Source: a virus. Taken from it: a DNA stretch of 64,000 nucleotides. The DNA lies in IMG/VR virus record IMGVR_UViG_3300025154_000065, positions 22,772 through 86,771 of that record; one strand, 5' to 3'. The notes under the pieces are model-generated. The model did not search any database. It was given only the letters and a program-made list of their open reading frames with translations, and was not told the origin of the DNA. The translations under genes were made by a program, and so were the position numbers. The first letter of the stretch is position 1, and each line of letters opens with the position of its first letter. Of the stretch, positions 47,219 to 58,998 are shown one piece after another.

Positions 47219-47665
47219 CTAGCTAGCTTTCTTCAGTTTGGCAATAGGCTTGCCCGTTATTGCTTCGATTTTTGCCTTAATCTCATTCACTCTTTCTGTA
47301 GCAATGCGAATGAGATTCTTGGCAACCTCAACGTCATGCTTGGATTCTGCAAGTTGCCGAGTGATTCTTTCAATCAATGGAGCATTCTTTGCCTTCTCTT
47401 GTTCTTCACGTTCTTTTTCTTCCTTTACGGCAGCTTCATATTCTGCTTTAAGTCTTGCAACTTCTGCTTTCTTTTGAGCAAGAGTATCAACTTGGACTCT
47501 CTTGAAAGGAAGCACTTTTACTTCTTCTATCTTACATTCTTCCTTAACTACTTTGGATTCTTCTACTGTTGTTTCCATGACTTCCTCCACCTTGGTTTCT
47601 TCGATTTTAGATTCTTCTACTTTAGCCTTTGCTTTCTTCTTGCTTTTCTTTACTTCTTTTTCCAT
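47219..47665 (-). CDS. charged coiled-coil early protein
   Basis: E/K-rich ORF with AGGAG RBS. Confidence 0.7.
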   Translation of the reverse strand: MEKEVKKSKKKAKAKVEESKIEETKVEEVMETTVEESKVVKEECKIEEVKVLPFKRVQVDTLAQKKAEVARLKAEYEAAVKEEKEREEQEKAKNAPLIERITRQLAESKHDVEVAKNLIRIATERVNEIKAKIEAITGKPIAKLKKAS

Positions 47666-48246
47666 TTGGTTCTCCTTTTAAAAAATGAATGGATCACTGA
47701 TGTTTGGATGAGATTCTTTAATTACTTCAATCATTTCTTGACGACAATATCTATTAAGATCGAGATATTTCCAGATTTTAGCAGCGTCCTCATCGCTTAG
47801 TGATTGAAGGAATTCTCTTAATTCTTTATTCATTTACTTCTCCTTTCAATGTTTAATGTAATCGAGTGCTCTTTCTCTGTCATGTTGAGATAGATCAATA
47901 AATTCCTTCAATTGTCTTGCAAATGTACTCATAATATCTTTTACTATTCCATCTTCCTCATGTTTCAATGAAAGAATCAAATCATCTGGAAGAGATCTTA
48001 TAATTTGATTGATATTCTCCCAAATCCCTTCGTTTACAAAATAAGTAATAGCCTTAGCAATCGCTTCATTCTTATCAATAATAATCCGAGATTCATAATG
48101 TCTTACCAACCGCAATAGAGCATCTTCTAGGGGATCTTTGTCTGTAAATTTATCCTCCTGAATAAACTCTTCAATTATTCTAGCAAGATTCCCATGACAT
48201 TCAGCAATTCTATTCAGCTTTTCTTGTTTGTTCATAATCTCCTCCT

Positions 48247-48453
48247 TTAAATGTTTAATAATGCAATAATATGTTTACATTTTACTTTACGGATACGATG
48301 ATGCTCGCAAGAACATCTATTCTTATCTGGTATTACATGATACGGTTCTTCCTTCGTATTCTCATCCCATAAGGAGTATCCTTCGTCAAATCTTTTAACT
48401 AAGAGATATTCCTTGCCATCAAGAATGAATTCTTTCATCTCTCCTTTCTTCAT
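48247..48453 (-). CDS. SWIM zinc-finger protein
   Basis: YHV...CSC...CKH. Confidence 0.7.
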   Translation of the reverse strand: MKKGEMKEFILDGKEYLLVKRFDEGYSLWDENTKEEPYHVIPDKNRCSCEHHRIRKVKCKHIIALLNI

Positions 48454-48806
48454 GATTTTCCTTCATAGATTTTAAGACATAGATATCCACCGGATTTATG
48501 GTATTGCAAGAAGATATTTGAATTCTTTAAGCATATTCTACAGTAAACGGTCTTAGAAATCTTCCTCTTCTTTCTCTCTGCTGTTCTATCTGACTTTGCG
48601 TTCTCTTAAACAGAGAAATCCTCTCTCTGACCACTATGTCAAGATAATCAAAGCGATTATCTCCTGGAAGAGAGTAGATATCTCTCATTGCAGATTTCGC
48701 CTGTTCTTGAGAGATAGGATAAGGAATACCCTTACTCTCAAACATTTGTTGGATTTCGTTTATACTCATAATAATCTCCTTCTAAGTTAGGTATCAATAC
48801 CAGACT

Positions 48807-48878
48807 TCTACATACACAATTAAGGCTATGATATCTATAAAAGCCTATCATAGCTAAAATTCTACATGTAGATATCTA
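48807..48878 (-). repeat. structured intergenic element, family 1 copy 1
   Basis: TCTACATACAC-hairpin-TCTACATGTAGATATCTA. Confidence 0.75.
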
Positions 48879-49052
48879 TCGCTTAATAAATTGACATATT
48901 TCTGAATTAGGTCCAATCTTTTTGTTAAAGAAAAAACTATCAGGACATGAACATATACACTTTTTGCGTTTATCTTTATTTAATTTCTTAAAGTACTGAC
49001 AGATTTTACATGTAGGATATGTTGTACCATGTTTCTCCATATCTTCTCCTTC

Positions 49053-49463
49053 TTAAATCCGATGATAGGTTACTTTGTTTGTGATAAAACCACTTTTAGA
49101 ATCATATACTTCCATAATCCTATCCCAAGAAGCATATTCAAGATCCCATCCTCCAGGTTTGTGTAGATATCTATCTTTGCTTACACAAACGGCGGTATGG
49201 ATCAGATCCATTCTCTTACTCTTTCCATTAAAGCAGTGGTCATCACCCCACATAGCGACAATATCACCGGGCTGTGGTTCTTCAACTTTTTTAGTCTTCT
49301 TTAGATATCCTTTCATCTCTTCCGAATAAATCCATTGAATTCTATCATACAATCCTGTAGTGTAAGCAGCGAAACAATAACAGTTGTAATCGCCTTGAGG
49401 AAGTTTTCTATTACTAACCTTCCTCATATTCCTAGACAATGTACTGCGATTTTTTGATACCAT
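49053..49463 (-). CDS. papain/NlpC-P60-like cysteine hydrolase
   Basis: YNCYCFA, PQPGDIV, HTAV, HKPG. Confidence 0.55.
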   Translation of the reverse strand: MVSKNRSTLSRNMRKVSNRKLPQGDYNCYCFAAYTTGLYDRIQWIYSEEMKGYLKKTKKVEEPQPGDIVAMWGDDHCFNGKSKRMDLIHTAVCVSKDRYLHKPGGWDLEYASWDRIMEVYDSKSGFITNKVTYHRI

Positions 49464-49825
49464 ATCTTCTCCTTATTTAAATTGTTCAAATGGAATAGAC
49501 GCATAATCCCTATGGAATACTACTTGATCGTACAATTCCAAAACCATCTCTTCAGGAACTTCAAAAGAGACAAGACGGCTTGACTTATCCCATTCAAAGG
49601 AATAACTATTCTCTGAGTCTTTAAGCAGTTGTTCTTTAGTAAATCCAAAATACCACTTGGATGGATATCTATTAATCTCTTCATGGTCTCTGAACTCATC
49701 ATACTCAAATGGTCCGTTCAACAGAGTCACTACTTTATGTTGATATGAACCTTGTAATGTAGCTGCTCTGCCAGTGTAACGATATACCTTCATAAATCAA
49801 ACCTCCTTTCTTTCAGTTGAAGTTC

Positions 49826-49897
49826 TCTACATACACAATTAAAAAGAGGAAGATAATAAATACTCTTCCTCTCTAAAACTCTACATGTAGATATCTA
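49826..49897 (-). repeat. structured intergenic element, family 1 copy 2
   Basis: Same flanks; inner stem AGAGGAAGA/TCTTCCTCT. Confidence 0.75.
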
Positions 49898-50519
49898 TTT
49901 TAAACTCATCCAATGGTCGTACTCTTCCTGAGATATTAAACCTTCATCTAAGGAAACTTTCAATCCAACTTCGGAAAGTTTGTTATTACTCCAAAAGTAA
50001 TACTTTTCAATTTCCGCTTTGAAATTCTCAAATGCCTTATGAGTGTACTCAATAAAAGCATCACTCCTTTCTTTCCCCCAATCATCACCACCGCTCATCT
50101 TAAACAAAGCAGTAAGAACGTTCTCTGCACCATACTCTCGAATCATCTTTTGCATCTCACCATTGATCTTATAATACATATTAATTTCCTTAATCATCTT
50201 TTGCATTTTATCATTGATTTCACACTTCATAACTTTCTCCTTTTAAGTTAGAATTTTACAACAACACACACACTTCATCACACTAGATATCTTAGTGTAT
50301 GCACTATGCCGACAATAAGGACACTCCATAAGAAAGTATCCAGCTTTTAACATCTCCTCCTCTTTTTGGTAAGATTTCTGTTTGATTTTTTCCATAACAA
50401 ATTTTGGAACGTAACGAGAAGGTCTTAAACTTCTTTCTAAAGATCTTCCCTCCTCACAATGCTTACATTTACAATAAGCTTTATGCATTTGTTCATACCT
50501 CCAATTTTAAAAGTTAAAA

Positions 50520-50593
50520 TCTACATACACGATCAATGCTATGAAAGATAATCTCTAAGCCCTCATAGCAAAGACTCTACATGTAGATATCTA
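50520..50593 (-). repeat. structured intergenic element, family 1 copy 3
   Basis: Same flanks; inner stem TGCTATGA/TCATAGCA. Confidence 0.75.
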
Positions 50594-51836
50594 CTCTTCC
50601 TTAAAAGAGCATTTAAAACCCATCGGTCCCCAAAGTCTTTGAATTGCATCAATGAAGTCCTCATGGCAACAACACTCCATTTTAGCAAACCAAAGAGCAT
50701 CAATTGTCTTATCCACATCCTGATAGAGATAATACCATAAAACTTCTACTAAATCCAAACCTTCCAATTTTTCACTTAATCCATTAAATCCATCTTTATG
50801 TTCTTCCAAAATCTTCTCCTTTGGCTATTTGTTCAAACTCATTAATTGTTCAAAAGATATCAAGTCCTTACCATAAAGTTCCAAAATCTTCATTCTTGAC
50901 ATTTTGGAAACGTCAATATTGCTTTTAATCTTTTTAGGACAAAGAAGATTATTTAATTCTTCTTTGGCTTCTTTTATACTATTAACGGGGATTAGTATCC
51001 CATTGCCTATTACATACAAACCATCGCTCTTTCTAACAATTTGAGGTTTACAATCTGTATTAAATTTTACTCCGTCAGTAAATGTAATGTTCATAATCTT
51101 CTCCTATTCAAATAAAAAAGTTCTTCCCTAACTACTCTTTAATCTCCACTATAGAGACAAAAGAACACTACAAGAAAGAACTTTACTTGTATATACAAGT
51201 AAAAAAGTATCTCTTCCTTTGAATAAGACTTCATATAAAGACAGTCCCATTCAAAGGAAGAGATATCAATAACAGTAACACAAAAATCTGTATTCTTATG
51301 ATAACTTTAATCAAAAATTGATCAAAGACTCTCAAGTATTTACTAGGTTTCTCATTAGTGACAAAACATGAGAAAGTCTTCAATACTTCTCAATCCTAAT
51401 AATAGATTGAGACTTTTGAAGTACAAAATTTATAGTCCAATAAAACAAAGTATTAAATTAATACTAATGTTCTCAGATATAAATCTGCTTCAATTGGTGA
51501 GAGATTTTAACACGTATTATCTAGGAAGTGCTAAAACCTAACCTGTAATAAACAACAGGATTTTAGAAGAACAATTTTACCGGAAGTTAATGTGTATAGA
51601 GTGCTAATCTATACTCTGAAGTGAGAACCTTTATTGACCCGGTGATTTGTCAATCTAGATCTTCAGTCTTAAACTTATATAAGCTTTTGTACTCCTTTGC
51701 ATACATGGTGTTAGAAGTCAATGTTAAGGGTTTTTAAGTTTACCAAAGTTTGCTAGACTTTTCTTTGGGTAGCTTTTAGTCTCCAATCGTCTAAGGGTTA
51801 AGTCACTAGGTCAGTATGCAAACTCTACATACTCAG

Positions 51837-52310
51837 CTAATGACTTAAAGAGTAGTGAACCTCACCTGTTTTCTTACATGCTTTAGGTTTACTAGTCTTC
51901 GGTCTACAAACCTGGACATAACTACCATGAGTGCTAAAAGAGACGGTAAAAGGTCTGTATTGCATAGGTACAGTAAGAGCTAATCGTTGAAGGGAGGTTA
52001 GGCAAAAGTCTCTCAAACGGCCAATTTGAGACCTTAAAAGGGCGGGTAACACGTAAGGCTCATGGTAGATGCTAAGGTCTGATTGCACCTCTAAGCTACA
52101 CTCTACAGGACCATGAGGACCAGCAAGGGCAAAGGACAAAACCCTGCCTGCAGTCCGTTGGTCAAGCTGGTATGCAATCGAAGCAAGGTCAAGAGTAGTA
52201 GTAATGCCTTCCAACGTCCATACGTGCCACTCAGAGGCCGGATTTTGGCTCTCATTAGCATGTAAAGGCTTTGGATTGCTAGGAAGTGAAGGTCTGACTA
52301 AACGCCTCAT
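51837..52310 (-). CDS. hypothetical protein in GC-richer island
   Basis: 157-aa ORF with AAGGGG RBS. Confidence 0.5.
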   Translation of the reverse strand: MRRLVRPSLPSNPKPLHANESQNPASEWHVWTLEGITTTLDLASIAYQLDQRTAGRVLSFALAGPHGPVECSLEVQSDLSIYHEPYVLPALLRSQIGRLRDFCLTSLQRLALTVPMQYRPFTVSFSTHGSYVQVCRPKTSKPKACKKTGEVHYSLSH

Positions 52311-52328
52311 AAAACCCCTTCAAAACGC

Positions 52329-52368
52329 AAAAAGGCCGTCAATCCTCAAATTAGAGGACTAACGGCCT
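52329..52368 (-). terminator. intrinsic terminator
   Basis: AGGCCGTTAGTCCTC-TAATTT-GAGGATTGACGGCCT-TTTT. Confidence 0.7.
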
Positions 52369-52418
52369 ATGCAGTGCTTTACTAACCTAGTGAGGGTCAG
52401 CTATGCCATACGGTGGCC

Positions 52419-52595
52419 TTAAATGAGCTTCAAGAGCTTGCCAAAACTGACCACGAGCTTATGGTCAAGTCTCAAACGCTCTTCGATTTGACGGCGTAAC
52501 CTTGCCAAGTCAACAAACGAGTCTGGTATGTTGTCCGATGCAACGTGGACTACCTCACCTGTCTCACGGTCGTAAAAAAGACTAAGCTTCGCCAT
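52419..52595 (-). CDS. 58-aa hypothetical protein (start MAKLSLF)
   Basis: GGGAGG RBS before the ATG at 52595. Confidence 0.6.
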   Translation of the reverse strand: MAKLSLFYDRETGEVVHVASDNIPDSFVDLARLRRQIEERLRLDHKLVVSFGKLLKLI

Positions 52596-52606
52596 TGTTT
52601 GCCTCC

Positions 52607-53236
52607 CTATGCCAAGCTCAAGGTTTTGCCAGTTTTGACCAAAAATCCTGCCAAAATCATGCGCTCCACAAGTCTGTATTGCGGATGTATTTGACCACAA
52701 TCTCTCAATGCCTCTGCCATCGTGCAAGGGCCAATCGAAGCGATGGATTGCATGAAGGCACTCTCGTTACCTACCAGCCCAAACCTGTCTGCATCTTCTT
52801 TGTTACGGGAAGTGGTCCTGGCAATGGTCGTGTTACCCTTGGGAGCCTTTTGTCCCGTCAGTTTAGCAAGCTCGCTCTGAAGGAAGGCAACGTTAGCCAA
52901 AGCATCCTGGAGGACAAGCTGCACAGCCACAAGGTCGGCCTTTGCTACCTCAAGAGCTTGCTGGTATGTCCCAATCAGCGGGTTAACACAAAGTTTGTCC
53001 AGGGAGCGAAGCTCGATTGCTACCCAATGCGCCGTCCGTCGCTCTTCAAGCTCTTCTTTGCGGGCAACGTCAAGGGCCAGTTTGATGCTCTGCACTTTGC
53101 TGAGCTTCACGACCTTGCGCCGGTCAATAACCAGCCCGGTAAAATCAGGGTTGTCAAGAGGATTAAAGGGAGCCTCAACGGTCTGCACTTCAACCGGAGC
53201 CTCGATGATTGCCGTAACTGCCTTTTTGTCCTTCAT
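52607..53236 (-). CDS. hypothetical protein with coiled coil and possible C-terminal winged helix
   Basis: AAGGA RBS; first gene of the leftward early block. Confidence 0.65.
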   Translation of the reverse strand: MKDKKAVTAIIEAPVEVQTVEAPFNPLDNPDFTGLVIDRRKVVKLSKVQSIKLALDVARKEELEERRTAHWVAIELRSLDKLCVNPLIGTYQQALEVAKADLVAVQLVLQDALANVAFLQSELAKLTGQKAPKGNTTIARTTSRNKEDADRFGLVGNESAFMQSIASIGPCTMAEALRDCGQIHPQYRLVERMILAGFLVKTGKTLSLA

Positions 53237-53646
53237 TGTTTCATCCTTCTGTCTAAGGGTTAGCTTCTCCAGGGAGCAACTCGCTCCCTGTCTGTCTTCT
53301 TAGTACCCTTAAATGATGATTGCAAGGACAAAATGCAAAATACCCAATAACATCCCCATTTTGTTTTAGCACTCGCACTAAAGGATACTATTGCAATGAT
53401 TAGGCCATTTTGGTTTATTTTGGGTGTTTTTTAGTCTAATTGGGTGTTTTTGTATATATATGGTTTATTTTGGTAGATCAATGGTTGTTTTGGCTACGTC
53501 AATCAATAAAACCTTTGTGTATATAGGTTTTAATTATACGTCTATAGCAAAGGCTGTATAATAGCTCTGGTAGCCAATCTACAGACTATAGCATTAGTAT
53601 GAGCTAACTATGGATATCCATATGATGCTTTATTAAATAGACAATG

Positions 53647-53774
53647 TTTTATATGGCAATCAATTGTTTTATTAGGAGAACCAATGTTAGGCTAGTTAAA
53701 CTATATTTTATATGGCAATCAATTGTTTTATTAGGAGAACCAATGTTAGGCTAGTTAAACTATATTTTATATGG
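53647..53774. repeat. exact 59-bp tandem repeat, about 2.2 copies
   Basis: TTTTATATGGCAATCAATTG...AAACTATA at 53647 and 53706, partial copy at 53765. Confidence 0.92.
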
Positions 53775-55187
53775 ACTTCCAAACTTAGGCAATGGTATCC
53801 ATAGTATGGAAGGGTAGACTAAGTATGGTATGAAGTGACAAAGTAGGGAGGGGGTATCAAAAGTTAGGGATAGGTTGACTAATTTGTGGTGCGTAGCAAT
53901 CCATAGTATATCTGGAATTCTGATGAAATCACTATTACTTATTGATATCTTAGATTATGTTAATAATAACACAACCAGATAATATATCTATGAAAATTTA
54001 AAGAATGCATAATATTTACAGATATCTATAAATTATAGATATAAAGTGCCAAATAATATATCTGAAATTCAGAGAGAATTGCCTATTGATTGATATCATA
54101 TTTCAATTCAAACCTCTTCTCCACACTCTAATCACTTTTTGCCGTAAGTCGTAACACAAAGAACATTTATACTTTCTATTGCTAATATACTCTACTAATT
54201 CTTCATCAGTCATTTTATAGATATCCTTAAAAATTTAAATTGTTATATTTTATATAAACCATAGAATATATTATCTTCAAAACTCTCTACAAGAAAAGTC
54301 TTATTTTGAAGGATCTTTTGTAGTATTTATAAGGAGGTAGTATTTTACAGATATCATAGTAAATTTACTACTTCCTTATAAATATTGATTAAGATACTTT
54401 TATTGTCTTAATCGCCTACAGGGAGAAGTGATCAATTTATAGATATCTATTATCTAGGTAGAGACTAATTGTTATAGGAATTATTGTTAATACACAAAAG
54501 AAGGGATATAAAAATATTCCTAAATTATTACATTCCTTAGATACTTCTTCTTGATAGAATTCCCTAACTATTCTTAGATTATTTATAAATATAGATATCA
54601 TTAGATTTACTCCTTGCAATAAACACATATTGGATTATCTTTGTCTTCTTGAGAGAACCAAGTAAACATTCCACACTTAATACAACCTAAATAAATTTGA
54701 TTCTTTAGATTGATACATTTAGGATTATTACGATTTCTTTCATTTACTTCATAGATATCTGTTTCTTTGAATATATTAGTATCTTCTTCCATTTATTTTA
54801 TTCCTTATCTAAATAATAATGATATCTTTTTAGATTATTGATATCTACTCTTTTTTGCATTTCTATCTCAAATATAAAAGTAGTCCAATTATTTCTATAT
54901 TTTTATATTTTTGAACATTTCCATCAAACCAATTCCATTCAAAGTCTAACCATATTAATTCTGCTAATCTTATCCAGAACATTTTTAGAACTCCTTATGA
55001 TTTATATTCAAAACATAATCTCAATGCTTGTTCATCATTAAAACCGGCTGCTTTGAATGCATCAAATTTTATCTTTGTTATTTGAGCAGTTACTTTGAAT
55101 AATTCTACTTGATTCTGTAAATTTGCTTTAAATATATTGATATCATCTTGTAATTTATTTGGTCCTTCTGGTGCTTTATTGATATCC

Positions 55188-55379
55188 TTACTTTTGCTCA
55201 TCTTTGAATCCTTTGCAATGAATAAGCCAATAATCTACTGCTTGGATAATAGCGTCGTTGTAAGAAACAATTTCTTTATCTTCTCTTAATTTATCAAATG
55301 CATCTTTATATTCTATAGGAAGTTGTGTCGCATACTTGAATCTAATTTCTGACAATCTTTCATCTTTTCTATTAGCCAT
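55188..55379 (-). CDS. ribbon-helix-helix-like regulator
   Basis: YATQLPIEYKDAFDKLR...SYNDAIIQAV. Confidence 0.5.
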   Translation of the reverse strand: MANRKDERLSEIRFKYATQLPIEYKDAFDKLREDKEIVSYNDAIIQAVDYWLIHCKGFKDEQK

Positions 55380-55430
55380 CTTTATATAATCTCCTATAAT
55401 GTTTTATTATTTTATACAAACTCATAGAAG

Positions 55431-55458
55431 ATTATACAATATTATAAGACCATGTCAA
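55431..55458 (-). promoter_or_regulatory. sigma70-type promoter
   Basis: TTGACA-N16-TATAAT, both hexamers perfect. Confidence 0.82.
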
Positions 55459-57199
55459 TAAAATATTTTATTCATCATCCCAATATTTTTCTATCATATC
55501 ACAAACTTTATTCCTGGCAGATGGTATTAATGAAGCGATGCAAGTTTGATTGATATCACCATCTATAATTGCAATCTCTTCTCTTAGCAAATACCACATC
55601 TCTCCATAGATAATACCATCACAAAAGAATGTCTCTCTTACTGATAGGCAGGTATTGCAAGTTCTATGGACGTTAAATCCTTCAAAGATAAATACTTCTT
55701 TTCTGTAGGATTCTCCTAGATTTATTACTTGTCTACACTCATCACATTTATGATTCTTTCTTGATCTTTTGATAATTTGATCACTGGACACTGTAACAAA
55801 TCCATCTTCTGGTTCAACGTAAATGCAAGAACAGTCCATTATTCAATCCTTCTTTTGTTGAGATTTACTTGAAGTCGTTTTATTGATATCTTTAAGTCTA
55901 TTTCTTTTCTGAACAAATAATATCCGACAATTTCTTCAATAATATTTGGTTCTTCTTTTAAAACATCATTATTTGCATAATAGACAAGTTTTAATATATC
56001 ATTAATATCTTCAATTTTCTTTTCAAATCTTAAAAGAGTATAATTGGTATGGTCTTGATTGATATCTTCGCTAAATACACTACGGCCAACTCCAGTTAAA
56101 AACCAACCATCTTTGAATTCTATTCTACAAAATGGATTATTTGGATGATTTTCAAATTCATCAATATATTTTTGCATTTTTGCCTCATATAAAAGTATAA
56201 AGAATAGTTATATCTTCTTTATACTTTTTTAACTTATTTGTTAAACACGCCTGAGATTCTTCTAATTCTTCAATTTCTCTCAGTAATCTATTAATTTCGA
56301 TATACTTATCTTTAATCCTGTCTTCAAGAATATTAAGATTATCTTCACTTGAATCAATATTGTATTGATAATCTATATCTTCCAATTCTGATGTATAATT
56401 ACCATTTAAAGGACAGAAATGGAACCATAAATCATCATAAAGATCAGTAAAACCACATAAGGGACACATTCTCATCACTTATTCCTTCTTAAACGGGCTT
56501 TAATTTGCCTATTTCTATCTATTCTTCTAAACTCTGCCCATAGTCTAAAATTGAGTGACATCCATACTAGAATAGAACCAATAATCCAGATTGCAAAATC
56601 TACCCAAGTTAATTCTTTCCATCTATCACTTGTGGTTATATTGACTCCTAAAACTGTTAAAGAAAGTACAACGAATAGAAATGTCATTTTATTCTATCCT
56701 TCATGAGTTCTTGAATTCTATCTGCTGCATCATCTATCTCTTTTATATAAAAATTTTCTGGATTTATTTTTATTCTTTGAATTGATTCATTTGATAATGC
56801 AATTCTAACATTATAAGGAAATCCATCTATTTGGATAGTCAATTCTACGTGATCAATTTCATCAAAAGGCTTTGTTTCCTTAAATTGATTACATTTACAA
56901 TCGCCACATTCAATACACCTTCCACACTTATTACAAGCTATACAATCTGAACCATCCCCATATTTTTCATCCATTGTAGTCATTTTAGATTCCTCTATAT
57001 TATCATTACTTAAATCATTCCACATATATAACGCACCATTAATAGCACTATATGGTCTTATTGATTCAGTCATTTCAAACTCTTTAGATTCTAATCTTTC
57101 TATTGTATTAATAAATGATATTATTCCTTTAGGTTCTTTTGTATTAGTTTCCATTTCGTTGATTAAAGGACTTGTCCAATCATTCCAGAATTCAATCAT

Positions 57200-57769
57200 T
57201 TAACAAAACTCCTCATAGAATGCTTTTATTATCAATGCGCCACCAATTTGTTTTGATATGGCAGTCTTTGAAAATTTTCCATCACTTGTGTATTTACCTG
57301 AAGTATAATGATTGCTACCAGACCATAAATAAGGAGATAGAACGTCGGGATGATGCTTTCTATACCCCCATCCGTTGTATTCTTCCAGTTTATAGAGCAT
57401 CCCTGAGATGGTCCAATTTGACCAAGAATCAAGCTTTTTGAGTTGAAGCGCATCTAAGGCCGAATCTTCCCAAGAATACGGAGGATTGCCAATTTTGGGC
57501 CTTCCTTGGGGTACGTGTATGGTTTTTCGGTCTAGCGAGTCGCCATTATGAAGGTGACAATTAAAACTGAGAGATGCTTCCATTGAATGTATTGTTGCTA
57601 TAAAGTACCAAGGAATATTATTTAGTTTTAAAGAGACTTTTAGATATCTATATTTATTTGCTGATATTTTAGCTACTATTTTATTGAGTTCGGAATTGAA
57701 ACTATCTCTTATAATGCAAGAGTCAAATAAAATTTTATATTCTTTTTCTAATTCTTCTGTTAGATTCAT
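57200..57769 (-). CDS. lysozyme-family protein, candidate endolysin
   Basis: IPWYFIATIHSMEA, HLHNGD, YNGWGY, SPYLWSG..Y..GKY..DG, QIG (COG5526-like). Confidence 0.82.
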   Translation of the reverse strand: MNLTEELEKEYKILFDSCIIRDSFNSELNKIVAKISANKYRYLKVSLKLNNIPWYFIATIHSMEASLSFNCHLHNGDSLDRKTIHVPQGRPKIGNPPYSWEDSALDALQLKKLDSWSNWTISGMLYKLEEYNGWGYRKHHPDVLSPYLWSGSNHYTSGKYTSDGKFSKTAISKQIGGALIIKAFYEEFC

Positions 57770-58190
57770 TGATCTATCCTTTTTATATTGTAATCTATTC
57801 CATTAGCAGATACTATTGCATTGAAATCACCAATATTAACCGAGAGATTTGGAGTATTTGAGAAGAATTTGTAAACTGCTTCAACGATTGATCTTGCATT
57901 TGTTTGTCCTAAAATTTTACCATCTGAAGAACATGAGAATAGCATAAAATTTCCTCCTTATTTTTTATATTTTGTTGACTTAATCATCTTTTTAGTATCA
58001 ATTACACAGCAAGAATGACAAACAATTCTTCCATCTTCTAATTCCCATCCATCTAATGGTCCGTTATCTTGACCAATTTTATTACCACAATCAGCGCAAT
58101 ATTTTTGTTCACGACTTTTTACCAAATTCTGATCTAACATTTTATTTTCTCCATCCCTAAAGGATATATTTGCAAATTGTATGCCAAAAA

Positions 58191-58868
58191 TTATTTCCTC
58201 ACAAATTTACTAAAATCTTTGTTTTTATTCAGCCTATTCAAAGCCCTTCTCATCATATGTCTAAAGAATGAATTTTTATTTAATATTCCAAATGTTTCTA
58301 CTATGCCATAAATGTTTGATTCTAAATGGATATTCCATTTTTGTTTTATATTTATATATCGAGGTTTATTTTGGATCCCTGATTTTATTTTTTTCTTTAA
58401 TTCTACTAGAACATCTGGATTCTCTTCAATTTCTTTGATAAATCTAAGTGTCTCTTCTCTTACCATGAGAGAAACACTTTTGATCACTTTTGAATCTCTT
58501 AATTGTAGTGCCTCTTGAAGATCTTTTTGAATAAATAAAATTGTTGACTTCCTTACACTTTTTTTAAATGATTTTCTATGACTTTTTGATATGGTCCTAG
58601 CAAAATCACTTTTTGACGTATTTATAACTCTTTTTTCTAATATAAATGAATCTAATTCTGTTTTTAACAAGAAGCATTTTAATTTTCCATTCTCGTTGCC
58701 GTATACCATTGTCAAATTATTGTTTTTTATATTATTTTTGAATTCTGAGTGTGTTATATCTAAATATGTGGCAGCTTCATCAATAGTTAAAAGATTACCT
58801 TGTTCTTTGTGATATGAATATAAAATTTCATTCTGTTCAAATAGCAAATCTTGATCAAGTTCTTCCAT
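58191..58868 (-). CDS. regulator with excisionase-like HTH
   Basis: LLTIDEAATYLDIT...LDSFI. Confidence 0.6.
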   Translation of the reverse strand: MEELDQDLLFEQNEILYSYHKEQGNLLTIDEAATYLDITHSEFKNNIKNNNLTMVYGNENGKLKCFLLKTELDSFILEKRVINTSKSDFARTISKSHRKSFKKSVRKSTILFIQKDLQEALQLRDSKVIKSVSLMVREETLRFIKEIEENPDVLVELKKKIKSGIQNKPRYINIKQKWNIHLESNIYGIVETFGILNKNSFFRHMMRRALNRLNKNKDFSKFVRK

Positions 58869-58998
58869 TAATATTTCTTCCTTTTGTTGTATTTTTACTA
58901 ATTATACATCAATATTGGCTTTCTGTGTAATTATTTTTGCTAGGATTGGTTGTTTTTATGTTACAATTGCTTTGTTATTAATTAATATAGGAGGAGTC

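Noticed and set aside
47183-47800. 205-aa Phe-rich plus-strand ORF (similarly 38791..39357)
   Set aside because: Antisense mirror of E/K-rich minus-strand genes
52595-53263. 222-aa plus-strand ORF
   Set aside because: Antisense to 52607..53236, which has an RBS and protein-like composition; the higher GC explains the lack of stops
53647-53774. 59-bp repeat as a mini-CRISPR
   Set aside because: A head-to-tail duplication with no spacers
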